Shown piece by piece: positions 18,468 to 29,526 of a stretch of DNA of 64,000 nucleotides; position 1 is the stretch's first letter, and each line of letters starts with the position of its first letter. The notes beneath the pieces were generated by a model, which saw only the letters and a program-made list of their open reading frames with translations, searched no databases and had not been told where the DNA came from. The DNA is from a bacterium (lineage in GTDB: Bacteria; SAR324; NAC60-12), in NCBI GenBank assembly GCA_965209155.1, contig OZ242383.1, positions 352,001 through 416,000 on the forward strand, written 5' to 3'. The position numbers and the translations under genes are program-made.

Positions 18468-19838
18468 ATGAAATGGTATTTTCGTCTCGCTGGAATTCTG
18501 TTTTTCCTGTCATCCGCATGCGATAATTTGCAAAAAACCGAGTCACTCTCCCCCCTCGAGAAGATACGTCAGCAAGGCGTGTTGATAGTCCTGACTCACA
18601 ATACTTCCACTACCTATTATGAAAAGCAGGATGGTCTGGCAGGATTTGAATATGACCTGGTCACTGATTTTGCGACTCATTTGGGTGTTAAAACCCGGTT
18701 TAAGGTGCTGGAAGACGTTTCAGAGATCCTGGAAGCCATCAAGCAGGGAAAAGGGGATATTGCAGCAGCCGGATTGGTTCGAACTGCAAGACGAGAGCAG
18801 GAATATTTATTTGGTCCTGATTATTACCAGGTTGAGCAACAAGTAGTATGCAACCGTGGCAGAGAATTCCCGGAAAGAATCAGCGACTTGCCGAAATTTC
18901 AAATCACCCTCGTCAAAGACGGAGGTCATGAAGAACGTATGCGTGAGATACAAGATGAAGTGCCTGAAATCCGCTGGTCTGTGGTGTCGGATGCATCCAT
19001 AGAAATGCTCTTGCAAAAAGTATCGAAAAAAGAACTCGAATGCGTCGTTGCCGATTCAAATATCGTGTCAATCAATCTTCGTTATTTTCCCGAATTAATA
19101 GTCGCCTTTTCGCTCACCGACGCTTCACCCCTTGCATGGATCATCCGTCCTGGCGCCGAAGATTTGAGAGATGAAATCCACCAATGGTTGGAAAAGTATG
19201 AATCCGACCACAAGCTCACCTTCTTGAAAGAACGCTATTACAGCTATTTGGCAATTTTTGATTACGTGGACATCCGGACTTTCCACAAACGTCTTTCCAG
19301 TCAGTTACCCCCGTTGTTGCCTCTTTTTAAAAAAGCAGCGGAAAAATACAATCTATCCTGGACCCTTTTGGCTGCGCAAGCCTATCAAGAATCCCATTGG
19401 GATTCGAGGGCAACGAGTCCCACGGGAGTACAAGGGATGATGATGCTGACCCTGACGACTGCCAGACAATTGGGCATCAAAAATCGTTTGGATACGGAAC
19501 AGAGTATTATGGGAGGAGCCAACTATCTCGCTCAACTATTGGATCGTGTTCCTCAAAACGTGCAAGGCGATGACCGTCTGTGGTTCGCGCTGGCCGCGTA
19601 CAATGTGGGTATGGGTCATGTTCATGACGCTCGTACGCTGGCAAAACGATTTGGTAAGAATCCCAACAAGTGGCACGATTTGAAAACCGTCTTACCACTT
19701 TTATCGCAGCGTGAATATTATAAAACATTGAAAAGAGGATATGCCCGGGGTTCCGAACCCGTGCGCTACGTCCAGCGTATCCGTGAATTTCATGATATTT
19801 TGACAGCCACTATGGATTCAGGTCATTTCCCACTTTGA
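18468..19838 (+). CDS. mltF: Membrane-bound lytic murein transglycosylase MltF
   Basis: SBP-like N-domain (GFEYDL) plus SLT domain AYQESHW...SPTGVQGMMMLT...YARGSEPVRYV. Confidence 0.93.
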   Translation: MKWYFRLAGILFFLSSACDNLQKTESLSPLEKIRQQGVLIVLTHNTSTTYYEKQDGLAGFEYDLVTDFATHLGVKTRFKVLEDVSEILEAIKQGKGDIAAAGLVRTARREQEYLFGPDYYQVEQQVVCNRGREFPERISDLPKFQITLVKDGGHEERMREIQDEVPEIRWSVVSDASIEMLLQKVSKKELECVVADSNIVSINLRYFPELIVAFSLTDASPLAWIIRPGAEDLRDEIHQWLEKYESDHKLTFLKERYYSYLAIFDYVDIRTFHKRLSSQLPPLLPLFKKAAEKYNLSWTLLAAQAYQESHWDSRATSPTGVQGMMMLTLTTARQLGIKNRLDTEQSIMGGANYLAQLLDRVPQNVQGDDRLWFALAAYNVGMGHVHDARTLAKRFGKNPNKWHDLKTVLPLLSQREYYKTLKRGYARGSEPVRYVQRIREFHDILTATMDSGHFPL

Positions 19839-21039
19839 TCACTCCCCCTAAACTCACGTTTACTTCTCCCTGTAATTGGTGCAATTCCATCGATTCAACG
19901 GGGTTATAGTCCGTGGGGGAGGTATTGATCAAAACACCCATACTCAGTCCCCTGACTCTCAGGTTCCTGATGTTGGTAGCTTGTCTCATCAAGTTTTCCC
20001 GTGTCAGGTCATCTCCACATTGTTCGAGGACATGGACCAATGTTTGAGCAACCGCGTATCCATAGAGATTGAATGTGCTTTTACGATCTCCATCGGGATA
20101 GTACTGGTCCATGAATTCCTGCCAGTGAAGAATGTCTTCATGTTTCGCATGTTCGGGATCATAGGGATCGAGCAGGTATCTTGTAGAAATAATACCTTGT
20201 GACTTTTCTAATCCTGCCGGTTCCAGTACACCGGCAATCGAGTTGGAAACGCTATTCAGTAAATGCAAGGGTTGCCATTCCAGTTCATGCAGTTTCTTGA
20301 TGGCCTGCGCCGAAAATTTGGGCGTGGTTACATTAAAAAATATATCTGCTCCCGAAGCTTTCAATTTGATTATTTGAGAATCTATGGAAGGGTCGGTCAC
20401 TTCGTAGCTTTCCGTTGCAACAATCATGGATTCGGCTTTATCACCTAGTCCGTTTTTCAAACCCGTCACGTAGTCTTTTCCGTAATCATCGTTTTGATAA
20501 AGAATAGCGATTTTGCCTTCGGGGCGGTTTTGTAAGAGATAAGTTCCATAAACCGCGCCTTCCACCTGGTAATTGGGTTGCCATCCAATCGTCCATGGAA
20601 AATTTTCAGGATCGCTCCACTTGGTTGCTCCGGTTGCAAGAAACAAATGCGGGACTTTTTGTTGATTGACGTAGCGGTGAACCGCCGAATTGGTCGGCGT
20701 ACCCAGGCTGTTAAATATGGCGAGTACTTCCTCTTTTTCAATCAGTTTACGATATCGTTCCTTGGTTTTAGGCGGACTGTAGCCGTCATCCAGTGAAATA
20801 AAATTGATTTTACGACCATTGATCCCTCCTTCGGCATTGACCTTGTCAAAATAGGCATTGAGGGCTTTGCCAATGGTACTGTATGCAGAGGCAGGACCAC
20901 TGTAAGGATTAGTATTACCAATTTTGATTTCGGTATCGGAGACCCCGGGTCCGTAACTTTTTTGAGCGAATGTAAGACCCGCAGTAAAAATCAGGGAGCA
21001 GAAAAAAAGTCCGGTGAAAAGTTTTATGAATTTTCTCAT
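19810..21039 (-). CDS. ABC transporter substrate-binding protein, branched-chain amino acid/HAAT family
   Basis: Signal peptide; GPGVSDTEIKIGNTNPYSGPASAY, GGINGRKI, DDGYSPPKT, YQNDDYGKD. Confidence 0.9.
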   Translation of the reverse strand: MRKFIKLFTGLFFCSLIFTAGLTFAQKSYGPGVSDTEIKIGNTNPYSGPASAYSTIGKALNAYFDKVNAEGGINGRKINFISLDDGYSPPKTKERYRKLIEKEEVLAIFNSLGTPTNSAVHRYVNQQKVPHLFLATGATKWSDPENFPWTIGWQPNYQVEGAVYGTYLLQNRPEGKIAILYQNDDYGKDYVTGLKNGLGDKAESMIVATESYEVTDPSIDSQIIKLKASGADIFFNVTTPKFSAQAIKKLHELEWQPLHLLNSVSNSIAGVLEPAGLEKSQGIISTRYLLDPYDPEHAKHEDILHWQEFMDQYYPDGDRKSTFNLYGYAVAQTLVHVLEQCGDDLTRENLMRQATNIRNLRVRGLSMGVLINTSPTDYNPVESMELHQLQGEVNVSLGGVIKVGNDLNP

Positions 21040-21159
21040 ATTTCCTCGTTCAAGTATTTCGATAAGATTCCAAGAAAGTTCCATTCTTCAATAAAAGGAA
21101 TGAAACGAATTAGTTATGCTTTTCTTTCAACCCGCAAAGCAATTCAGACTACCCTAACC

Positions 21160-22248
21160 TTACCTCTTTTTGATCACAAAGGATATGGGAATTTTAAAGT
21201 CTGATTTATTTCGTAGATAGGCCACAATCATGCGGACGAGTCCGGAAAATCCGGTTGGCATGACGTAGACCGTTAAAATGAGCAACAAACCAAATACCGC
21301 ATAGGCCAGGTTCCTGGAAAAATTTTCAGCGATATTGGGAATAAATAATACAAATAAAGCACCAAAGACGACTCCCGGAATCGAAGCCATTCCGCCAATG
21401 ACCATCCCGGTCAGAAACATGAATGAAATATAAAAAGTGAAACTGTCGGGAGCAACGAATTCTATGACGATGGCCGACAATGCTCCCGCGATTCCTGCAT
21501 AAAGACTGCTTATTCCAAAAGTGATGGCTTTATATAGAGTGGTGTTGATGCCCATGGATCGAGCGGCGATGGGATTGTCCCGGATCGCGATCATCGCTCG
21601 ACCTGAACGACTGTGGACCAGGTTGCGTGATGCCCACAACAAAAACAAGAGAATCACCAGCATGACGAAATACCACCACTGGTCCATATTCAAAGGAATA
21701 AAGGCAGGAACTTCCGGTCGTATCACATCCAATCCCTGCACGCCGCCGGTGAATGCTTCGAGGTAGCTGGATTTCAGGATTTGAGGAGTGGCGATGCTGA
21801 GGGCGAAGGTAGCCAGGGCCAGGTAGATGCCGGCCAACCTGGTGACGGTAATCCCGAAAAGAAATCCGCTCCCCAAACTCAATACGGCAGCAATGGGAAT
21901 TGTCCAGTAGATCCATAGCTCGAAGCGGTTCAACAATATCGCGGCAGTGTATCCGCCGATCGCATAAAAAGTACTGTGTCCCAGGGAAAATTGACCATTG
22001 AACCCAGTCAATAGGTTCAATCCGAGAATAGCAATGGCATAAATGCCTGCCAAGGTGAATTGAAATACGGTGAACCCAGAAAAAATGAAAGGGACGGCCA
22101 CTGCGATTGCCAGACACGTCGAACAACTCAACCGGTACCATCCTGCAGTCATTGTCCCTGGATTGGTTGCATTTTGAGAGATCATGGAGGTGGCTTCAAA
22201 ATCCGGCGAATCCTGCGATTCTGGAGAATCGATATCAGTCCTTGTCAT
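21160..22248 (-). CDS. livM: Branched-chain amino acid ABC permease (LivM-like)
   Basis: LGLNLLTGFNGQFSLGH, GRAMIAIRDNPIAARSMG. Confidence 0.88.
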   Translation of the reverse strand: MTRTDIDSPESQDSPDFEATSMISQNATNPGTMTAGWYRLSCSTCLAIAVAVPFIFSGFTVFQFTLAGIYAIAILGLNLLTGFNGQFSLGHSTFYAIGGYTAAILLNRFELWIYWTIPIAAVLSLGSGFLFGITVTRLAGIYLALATFALSIATPQILKSSYLEAFTGGVQGLDVIRPEVPAFIPLNMDQWWYFVMLVILLFLLWASRNLVHSRSGRAMIAIRDNPIAARSMGINTTLYKAITFGISSLYAGIAGALSAIVIEFVAPDSFTFYISFMFLTGMVIGGMASIPGVVFGALFVLFIPNIAENFSRNLAYAVFGLLLILTVYVMPTGFSGLVRMIVAYLRNKSDFKIPISFVIKKR

Positions 22249-22250
22249 GA

Positions 22251-23126
22251 TCAGACTCGGGTAATGATCCTGTGACCAAACAGACCATTGGGTTTGAATA
22301 ACAACACCAGCGTGATCACCAGCAGGGCGAAAGTGAGCTTCAATTCACTGCCAATGAACTCCACGTAAGTGCCAACCAGGTTCTCCAGGACGCCAAACAA
22401 AAAACCTCCACCAATTGCGCCGGCCGGGTTGTTGATGCCCCCAATCAAGGTTGCTGCAAAACTGTAGAGCAAGACCCCTCCCATCATGTTCGGATCCAGA
22501 AAAATCACGGGGGCGATCAACATTCCGGAAACACCGCCAAACGCCGCTGCCAATCCCCATCCCAAGGCCACCATCCAAGCTACTTTTATTCCCATCATGC
22601 GGGCTGCTCCCGCATTCGATGCAGCCGCACGCATGGCAAGACCCATCCTTGTCAAACGAAAAAACGCGTAGATCACTCCCAAAAGCAGGAGCACGACCCC
22701 GACGGAACCAATTTGGTGACCCCCTATCAGGCCATGAAATGAATAGTCCGGAAAAGGACTCGGAAAAGTGCGAATGGTATGATCCCAAATCTCCCCGGCC
22801 AAACTGTTGAAGATGGCAAACAATCCCAGAAAAACGATCAGGTGGCTCAAGTAAGAGGCTTTGCCCAGTGGAGCGAATACCAGGCGTTCGATCACCACTC
22901 CCCCTGTGAAAGACGTCACGAGCGTGATAAAGAAAGCAAGCCAATAAGGCACCCCGTAGTTGGCAATCAGCGTCCATGCGATAAAAGTGCTGAACATGGC
23001 CATCTCTCCCTGGGCGAAATTGATATGGTCGGTGGCTTGATAGATCATCACAATGGCCAGTCCCAGACTGGCATAAATTGCCCCGTTGGCCAATCCTGCC
23101 AGAACCTGTTGTAGAAAAAGCTCCAT
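22251..23126 (-). CDS. livH: Branched-chain amino acid ABC permease (LivH-like)
   Basis: GLANGAIYA...INFAQGE...GLAMRAAA...KPNGLFG. Confidence 0.88.
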   Translation of the reverse strand: MELFLQQVLAGLANGAIYASLGLAIVMIYQATDHINFAQGEMAMFSTFIAWTLIANYGVPYWLAFFITLVTSFTGGVVIERLVFAPLGKASYLSHLIVFLGLFAIFNSLAGEIWDHTIRTFPSPFPDYSFHGLIGGHQIGSVGVVLLLLGVIYAFFRLTRMGLAMRAAASNAGAARMMGIKVAWMVALGWGLAAAFGGVSGMLIAPVIFLDPNMMGGVLLYSFAATLIGGINNPAGAIGGGFLFGVLENLVGTYVEFIGSELKLTFALLVITLVLLFKPNGLFGHRIITRV

Positions 23127-23140
23127 CCCTTCTCCCGCGA

Positions 23141-23854
23141 TCAATACCCAAAATAAGAACGGCGTATCGACAAATCGTTTTCGAATTCCTTCGCTCTTCC
23201 AGACTTCACCACTTTGCCATTTTCCAGCAAATAAGCCTGGTTTGCCAGTTCCAGGGCCAGTATCGCGTTCTGTTCGACGATCAGCATACAGACCCGTTGC
23301 CTTTCATTGACTTGACGGAGGTTTTCAAATACGGCCCTGACCAATTTAGGCGCCAATCCAAAGGAAGGTTCGTCTAACAGTAAAAGGCGAGGACGAAGCA
23401 TCAGGGCTCGCGCAATGACCAGCATCTGTTGCTCTCCTCCACTCAACGCGCCAGCTTGTTGATTGCGACGTATTTTAAGAATGGGAAAGTACCCGTACAT
23501 GCGTTCGACGTCTGCTTCGATTTCTGACTTGTCTTTACGGATCATCGCCCCAAGTCTCAGATTTTCCTCCGTGGTCAACCGTTCGAAGATTTCCCGTCCT
23601 TCGGGTACATGGGCAATACGATGTCGGACGATGATTTCGGTGGATTTTCCCAGCAATGGAATGCCATCGAACAAAATTTCCCCCCTGCTCCGTACCATAC
23701 CACTGATGGCGCGTAACGTGGTTGTTTTTCCAGCCCCATTGGCCCCCAGGATCGTGGTGATATTTTCCGGTTGTAAAGAAAAATCAATCCCGTGTAAGAC
23801 TCGGGTTTGCCCGTAAAACGCTTCCAACCTCTTCACTGCCAATAAGGCGGCCAT
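23141..23854 (-). CDS. livF: ABC ATP-binding protein (LivF-like)
   Basis: GANGAGKTT, HVPEGR, LSGGEQQM, LLDEPS, VEQN. Confidence 0.9.
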   Translation of the reverse strand: MAALLAVKRLEAFYGQTRVLHGIDFSLQPENITTILGANGAGKTTTLRAISGMVRSRGEILFDGIPLLGKSTEIIVRHRIAHVPEGREIFERLTTEENLRLGAMIRKDKSEIEADVERMYGYFPILKIRRNQQAGALSGGEQQMLVIARALMLRPRLLLLDEPSFGLAPKLVRAVFENLRQVNERQRVCMLIVEQNAILALELANQAYLLENGKVVKSGRAKEFENDLSIRRSYFGY

Positions 23855-23856
23855 GG

Positions 23857-24642
23857 TTATCCCTTACCGAGATAGGCGGCAATCACCCCCGGGTCCTCTT
23901 GAATGACTTCCGGGGTGTCGTCCGCGATTTTTTGACCAAAATTGAGCACTGCGACCTGGTCTGAAATTTTCATCACGAATCGCATGTGATGCTCTACGAG
24001 CAAAATAGTTAGATTTTTTTCAATTTGAATTTGTCGAACCAGATCAATCAACTGGCTGATCTCAAAGTGGTTCAGACCACCGGCTGGTTCATCCAGCAGT
24101 AAAAGCTTGGGCCGGGTCGCCAGTGCCCGGGCCAGTTCAACGCGTTTTTGCGTACCAAAGGGCAAAGTCGAGACGGAAGCATGGGCCACTTCGTTCAAGT
24201 TCAAATACTGGAGGAGTTCCATCGCTTCTTCTCGCAGCAGACGATCTTCCTGGCGAGCCCAGGGAAGCTTGAGCGCATTACTGATATAATCACTCTTCGT
24301 GTGGTGATGCCCGCCTACCATCACATTGTCCAGAACACTCATGGATTTGAACAAGGCCAGGTTTTGAAACGTACGCCCAATTCCTACTTCGCAGATTTTG
24401 TAAGTGGGGAGTCTTAAAATGGATTTTCCTTCAAAAAAAATGTCGCCCTCCAGGGTGTCGTAGAGTCGACTGATGCAATTGAAGAGCGTGGTCTTTCCTG
24501 CTCCGTTGGGCCCGATCAAGCCCAAGATCATACCTTTCCGGATCTCAAAAGAAACTCGCTCCAGTGCGGTGATTCCCCCAAACTTCACTGTCACGTTGGA
24601 TACCTTCATTAAAGGCAATCCAGGATCATTGTTGTTGCCCAT
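23857..24642 (-). CDS. livG: ABC ATP-binding protein (LivG-like)
   Basis: GPNGAGKTT, RTFQN, LLDEPAGGLN, VEHHM, VIAAYLG. Confidence 0.9.
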   Translation of the reverse strand: MGNNNDPGLPLMKVSNVTVKFGGITALERVSFEIRKGMILGLIGPNGAGKTTLFNCISRLYDTLEGDIFFEGKSILRLPTYKICEVGIGRTFQNLALFKSMSVLDNVMVGGHHHTKSDYISNALKLPWARQEDRLLREEAMELLQYLNLNEVAHASVSTLPFGTQKRVELARALATRPKLLLLDEPAGGLNHFEISQLIDLVRQIQIEKNLTILLVEHHMRFVMKISDQVAVLNFGQKIADDTPEVIQEDPGVIAAYLGKG

Positions 24643-24734
24643 TTCAGCGGACCGGGATTGATTTCAAGAATGGATGTGGAGTGGTATTCGTATCTCGATT
24701 GTCGGCTTTTTTTCTGAATGAATGATTCCCGCGA

Positions 24735-25901
24735 CTAATCAAAGTCAAAGATTCCAACTTCGGAATCAATTCGCAGCTTGTTGCCACCTGAGCTTTTATC
24801 ACAAAAGCCTACCTGCTGGATGTCGAGCTCATATTTTTCCCCGATTGCTTCCGCAACCGGCAACAAATCGGGGGATCCCAGGATTTCCATACGATGTCCC
24901 ATGTTGAACACTTCATACATTTCACGCCAGGACGTTTGAGAGACTTGCTGGATCGTCCGAAACAAAGGAGGGATTGGAAATAGCCGGTTTTTTACATAAT
25001 GAATGCCTCGTCCGAATTTCAAGCATTTGGTTTGTCCACCTCCCGAGCAATGGATCACTGCGGAAATTTTATGAAAGTGATTTTTTAAAAGCTCCTTGAG
25101 CACGGGAGCATAGGTCCGTGAAGGGCAAAGCAAGGCTCGTCCGATGGTCAACGAGGTACCTGGTAAGGGATCATGGAGATGGTAGGGTCCGGCATAGGCA
25201 AGCTCCGGAGACATTTCCCTGTCATAACTTTCCGGATACCGGTTGCCATAATCCGAATGGAGCAATTCGTGCCTTGCCGACGTCAGACCGTTACAACCAA
25301 TTCCACTGTTGTATTGAGTTTCATAAGAGGTTTGCCCGGAACTGGACAAGCCGATGATGACGTCGCCGGGCTGGATGCGATCGTTCGTCAGGATCCGGTT
25401 ACGAGGCCAACGGGCCATGACTGTGGAATCCACCACCATGGTTTGAACCAGGTCCCCCATATCGGCAGTTTCTCCTCCGGTCGTGACAAGCGATATGTCA
25501 AGCTCGGCATAACGCGCCGCTATTTTTTCATGTCCTTCTATGATTGTTTTTATGACTATGCCGGGAATCCTTTTCACGTGCCGTCCAATGGTACTCGATA
25601 AAAGTATATGATCATAAACGCCGACGCATAGCAAATCATCCACGTTTATCACGGTCGCATCCTGCGCGATTCCTTCAAATACGGAAAGATCACCTGTTTC
25701 CCAATAATAGACGTATGCCAATGAAGCTTTGGTACCCACCCCATCCGCGTGCATGATATTGCAATAAGCAGGATCACCTCCCAGGTGATCGGCGACCACT
25801 TTACAAAAAGCTAAGGGGAAAAGCCCTTTGTCCACCCGCTGAATTGCTTGATGGACGTCTGTTTTCTTTGCCGAAACTCCACGAGATTTATAGCGTTCCA
25901 T
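24735..25901 (-). CDS. purM: Phosphoribosylformylglycinamidine cyclo-ligase (AIR synthase)
   Basis: RGVSAKK, MHADGVGTK, TGGETAD, GLSSSG, NGLTSARH, HCSGGGQTK, EMYEVFNMGHRME. Confidence 0.85.
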   Translation of the reverse strand: MERYKSRGVSAKKTDVHQAIQRVDKGLFPLAFCKVVADHLGGDPAYCNIMHADGVGTKASLAYVYYWETGDLSVFEGIAQDATVINVDDLLCVGVYDHILLSSTIGRHVKRIPGIVIKTIIEGHEKIAARYAELDISLVTTGGETADMGDLVQTMVVDSTVMARWPRNRILTNDRIQPGDVIIGLSSSGQTSYETQYNSGIGCNGLTSARHELLHSDYGNRYPESYDREMSPELAYAGPYHLHDPLPGTSLTIGRALLCPSRTYAPVLKELLKNHFHKISAVIHCSGGGQTKCLKFGRGIHYVKNRLFPIPPLFRTIQQVSQTSWREMYEVFNMGHRMEILGSPDLLPVAEAIGEKYELDIQQVGFCDKSSGGNKLRIDSEVGIFDFD

Positions 25902-25951
25902 GCTTAACTCTACTTTTAATCTTTGAGAGCCGGAGCTCGAGAAGGCTCTGG

Positions 25952-27310
25952 TTATTTTTTCAGGTGGGATTCAAAATGGTAAATGAGCTCGAGAGGGTTG
26001 ATGTATTTCTTATCATGTTTATTGAGGATGATCTCATAGTGAAGATGGGGACCGGTACTGACGCCGGTGTTACCCACCTGCCCAATAACCTGCCCTCGTT
26101 TGACTCTCTGACCTTTTTTCACTTTAATTCGGTGCAAGTGACCATATCGAGTCGTGTAATATACTTTCTTGCGTTTGTTTTTATAAAATCCAAGACCGTG
26201 GCGGATTTCAACAAAACGACCAAACCCCCCCCAACGACCGGCTCGGGTGACCACTCCGTCAGCAGGCGCAAAAATCGAAGTTCCCGTTCTTGCCGGGAAA
26301 TCAACTCCTCGATGAAAATCAGGTTTATGGGTGACCGGATGAATCCTTTTTCCGTACCGGTCGGATATAACACGTGTTTTGACCGGTCGAATCGTGGGAG
26401 TATTTTGCCAGAGTTGGCTGTCCTGGTCAATCGACTGCCTCAATTTGTCAACCGACTTGACGATGTTTTCATAATATCGTGCGGTTTCTTCAAGATAGCG
26501 TTGCAAGTAACTGAATTCACCATAGGCTGTTAAATCATCCGGATGCTCCATACCGCTGGGACCACCGCGACCCTTCTCGCTCTCGAATTCAATCGCTTGG
26601 GGCATGAATTGTTCTGCTAAATTGATATCGATCCCGGTGACGTCATGAATCCTGCTGGAAAATAGTTCTATGGCTTTTTCCTTTTCTTTCATCAATTGCA
26701 AGTGCTTTTTTATTTGTGATTCAATTTGGTCTATCCGTTGTTCCAAACTCGCAATCGTTTTTTCCTGGTCTTCCACGGTGATCTTTTTTTCATTGAAGAT
26801 CATGACGGACTCGGCAAGCGTTTCAAAATTGGTTTGAGCTTTTTCCATCCAGGTGCTCACCTGATCGGCATTCATCCAGGTGGGCGCTTGTTCGTCACTT
26901 TCAAGATCGTCTATGCAATCTGCACCCATCGTGTGACAAATATAGCGATGGAGCCCCGTTAATTTGTTGATACTTGTCTTGTATTGGGAAATAAACCTCT
27001 TTAAGGAAGATTCGCTTTTATAAGCCGTCCATTTTAATTCATCCAAGTAAGATTCTAAAAATCTGAGGCGTTTTTCTTTTTCGGCAAAGCCATCGATTTC
27101 ATTTTGCAGTTGTGCTTGAAGCGCTGCATTTTTTTCCAGTTGATTTTGTTGAACAACGATTTTTTGATGTTGCAAATAATAAAACAACCCCAAAGCCGTT
27201 ACGAAAATAAAGAACGAAAAAATATAGACAAACGCAAGTGGATAGCTCAATGAATAGTGCCGCGCAACGGCGCTGGAATCTTTTAAAAAAATTATTGAAA
27301 ATCTTTTCAT
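25952..27310 (-). CDS. M23 family metallopeptidase with N-terminal TM anchor and coiled coil
   Basis: HRGVD, YGHL, STGPHLHYE zinc motifs. Confidence 0.9.
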   Translation of the reverse strand: MKRFSIIFLKDSSAVARHYSLSYPLAFVYIFSFFIFVTALGLFYYLQHQKIVVQQNQLEKNAALQAQLQNEIDGFAEKEKRLRFLESYLDELKWTAYKSESSLKRFISQYKTSINKLTGLHRYICHTMGADCIDDLESDEQAPTWMNADQVSTWMEKAQTNFETLAESVMIFNEKKITVEDQEKTIASLEQRIDQIESQIKKHLQLMKEKEKAIELFSSRIHDVTGIDINLAEQFMPQAIEFESEKGRGGPSGMEHPDDLTAYGEFSYLQRYLEETARYYENIVKSVDKLRQSIDQDSQLWQNTPTIRPVKTRVISDRYGKRIHPVTHKPDFHRGVDFPARTGTSIFAPADGVVTRAGRWGGFGRFVEIRHGLGFYKNKRKKVYYTTRYGHLHRIKVKKGQRVKRGQVIGQVGNTGVSTGPHLHYEIILNKHDKKYINPLELIYHFESHLKK

Positions 27311-27531
27311 ACCATTTCGCTTTCTGAACCAAGGGGAGTATGATTCATGCGCTGAATACCAGCCTCCCTGCTGGTATCGCGATCACTTCAGTACATCAGC
27401 AAATACGACTTCAGGTACAACGAGTCAAGAAAATTTCACATTTCGTCTTTACCTGCTATTTAGAAAATATTCGCATAGATTGAGTGTTATAATTTTTATA
27501 AAGTATTCAATTAGATTAATATTGTTAATAA

Positions 27532-27544
27532 AATCAATAAGTTG
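27532..27544. promoter_or_regulatory. IHF-consensus site in AT-rich divergent promoter region
   Basis: AATCAATAAGTTG matches WATCAANNNNTTR with an AT-rich upstream tract. Confidence 0.45.
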
Positions 27545-27760
27545 AATGTCCTGTTTTTTCGTTTACCTGAATTTAAAGAGCACTATCCTTCATTTTCAGG
27601 CTTTGCTCAAGTTTTTTAAAAACTGCAAGGTTTCCAGTGATTGACGCGTGGGATGCCAGGGTAAGAATTTCCGGACCTGTTTTATCACATTGGAATTTCC
27701 GGGAATTGCTGGAAAGTTTTGTGGAATCCACATATGATAAGGCAAAATCAGTAAGGGACT

Positions 27761-28981
27761 ATGCGAAAAATACTACATTTTGACGTCATTGGTGGAATTG
27801 CCGGAGACATGGCGGTTGGAGGATTATTGGATTTGGGGGTCCCATTTTCTCTTCTTGAAGAAGGGATGAAACAACTGGACGCGTTGCCAATAGGACTTTC
27901 CCGTCAAAAAACAAAGCGACATGAAATCTCTGGCACGCGTTTTCTTGTCAAGAACCGGGCTGAGGAATCCCATACCCATCGTTCTTTTCAAACAATTCAA
28001 GAGTTGATTGGCGCCTCGTCTCTTTCCTCTTCCGTGAAGGGAACCGCGCTCAGGATATTTGAAAAGCTGGCCCGGGTTGAGGGCAAAATCCACCATAAAC
28101 CCCCGGAGAAGGTGAATTTCCATGAAGTCGGCGCCTGGGATTCGATTGCGGATATTGTTTGTGTGGCGTTATGTCTGGACTATTTAAAGATAAATGATAT
28201 TTATGTGTCTTCCATTCCGCTGGGTACAGGGTTTGTCAAAACAACGCATGGCATCATGCCGATTCCCGCGCCTGCTACTTTAGAACTGCTACAAGGTTTT
28301 GAAATTATACAAGATTCACTTCCCTTTGAGAGAACGACTCCGACCGGAGCGGCCATTTTGGCTGCTTTAGCGAGTCCTTCACCCGAGATGCTACGGTACA
28401 CGATAGAACGGATCGGGATTGGAACAGGAAGTCAGGACCGCCAGGAAGTTCCCAACATTGTACGCTGCATTCTCGGTCTGCAAAAGACGCCTCCGGATTC
28501 GGTGGACGGATTAGGCCAGGAAATGGTGGAATGTACCGAAACCAACATCGACGATTGCCCCCCGGAACGTTTAGGGTACGTCCATGAACAACTGATGAAC
28601 GCCGGTGCGTTGGACGTGTGGTTTGTCCCCATACAGATGAAAAAAAATCGTCCGGGAGTTTTGTTGCAAATCTTGCATTTACCTGAATCTCGTTCTCAAA
28701 TTCAACGTTTGATATTTCAGGAAACTACCACCTTAGGAATCCGGGTTCGCACATTGCAACGCACCTTCCTGGCGCGCGCAATCATAGAAGTGCAGACCCC
28801 TTGGGGAAAAGTTCGAGGCAAACAATCCGTTTTCGAAGAAAGAATTCGATTCAGTCCTGAATTTGAAGACTGTCGAAAAATCGCCCTTGCGCAGGAAATC
28901 CCCCTCAACCATGTTTTTAATATCGTTGAAGCATCCTTTTGGAAACAACAACAAACGTCTCAATTGAATAACGAAAATTGA
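27761..28981 (+). CDS. larC: Nickel-pincer cofactor biosynthesis protein LarC
   Basis: [62 protein letters not shown]. Confidence 0.93.
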   Translation: MRKILHFDVIGGIAGDMAVGGLLDLGVPFSLLEEGMKQLDALPIGLSRQKTKRHEISGTRFLVKNRAEESHTHRSFQTIQELIGASSLSSSVKGTALRIFEKLARVEGKIHHKPPEKVNFHEVGAWDSIADIVCVALCLDYLKINDIYVSSIPLGTGFVKTTHGIMPIPAPATLELLQGFEIIQDSLPFERTTPTGAAILAALASPSPEMLRYTIERIGIGTGSQDRQEVPNIVRCILGLQKTPPDSVDGLGQEMVECTETNIDDCPPERLGYVHEQLMNAGALDVWFVPIQMKKNRPGVLLQILHLPESRSQIQRLIFQETTTLGIRVRTLQRTFLARAIIEVQTPWGKVRGKQSVFEERIRFSPEFEDCRKIALAQEIPLNHVFNIVEASFWKQQQTSQLNNEN

Positions 28982-28997
28982 TACGAGCGTGATTATC

Positions 28998-29519
28998 ATG
29001 ACTACCATCCTTTGTATCAGAAAAGACAATGCTGTGGTGATGGCCGGTGACGGTCAGGTGACCATGGGTAACACGGTGATGAAATCCACTGCGACTAAAA
29101 TTCGTTGTACCTACGGAGGCAAAGTCCTTGCGGGCTTTGCAGGCTCTACGGCAGACGCATTTGCCTTATTTGAGAAGTTTGATGAAAAGCTGGAACAATA
29201 CAGTGGACAGCTCGTTCGTGCTGCAGTGGAACTGGCAAAAGAATGGCGTACCAACAAGATGCTGAGAAACCTGGAAGCTTTATTAGCAGTTGCCAGCAAA
29301 GAAGCAGCGCTGATGATTTCAGGAAACGGAGATGTGATAGAACCGGATGATGGCATCATTGCCATTGGTTCAGGCGGTCCCTATGCGCTTGCGGCAGCTC
29401 GTGCTTTGTTGGATAGTGAATTGTCGGCAAAAGCTATTGCGGAAAAATCCATGCGTATTGCCGGAGATATTTGCCTTTATACCAACCAGCGGTTCTCTTT
29501 TGAAGAACTCCAATTTTAA
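28998..29519 (+). CDS. hslV: ATP-dependent protease subunit HslV
   Basis: MTTIL (catalytic Thr), [20 protein letters not shown]. Confidence 0.97.
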   Translation: MTTILCIRKDNAVVMAGDGQVTMGNTVMKSTATKIRCTYGGKVLAGFAGSTADAFALFEKFDEKLEQYSGQLVRAAVELAKEWRTNKMLRNLEALLAVASKEAALMISGNGDVIEPDDGIIAIGSGGPYALAAARALLDSELSAKAIAEKSMRIAGDICLYTNQRFSFEELQF

Positions 29520-29526
29520 ATATTTT

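Noticed and set aside
19810..19838. 29-nt convergent overlap of mltF and the SBP gene
   Set aside because: Short 3' overlaps are common; no sign of function.
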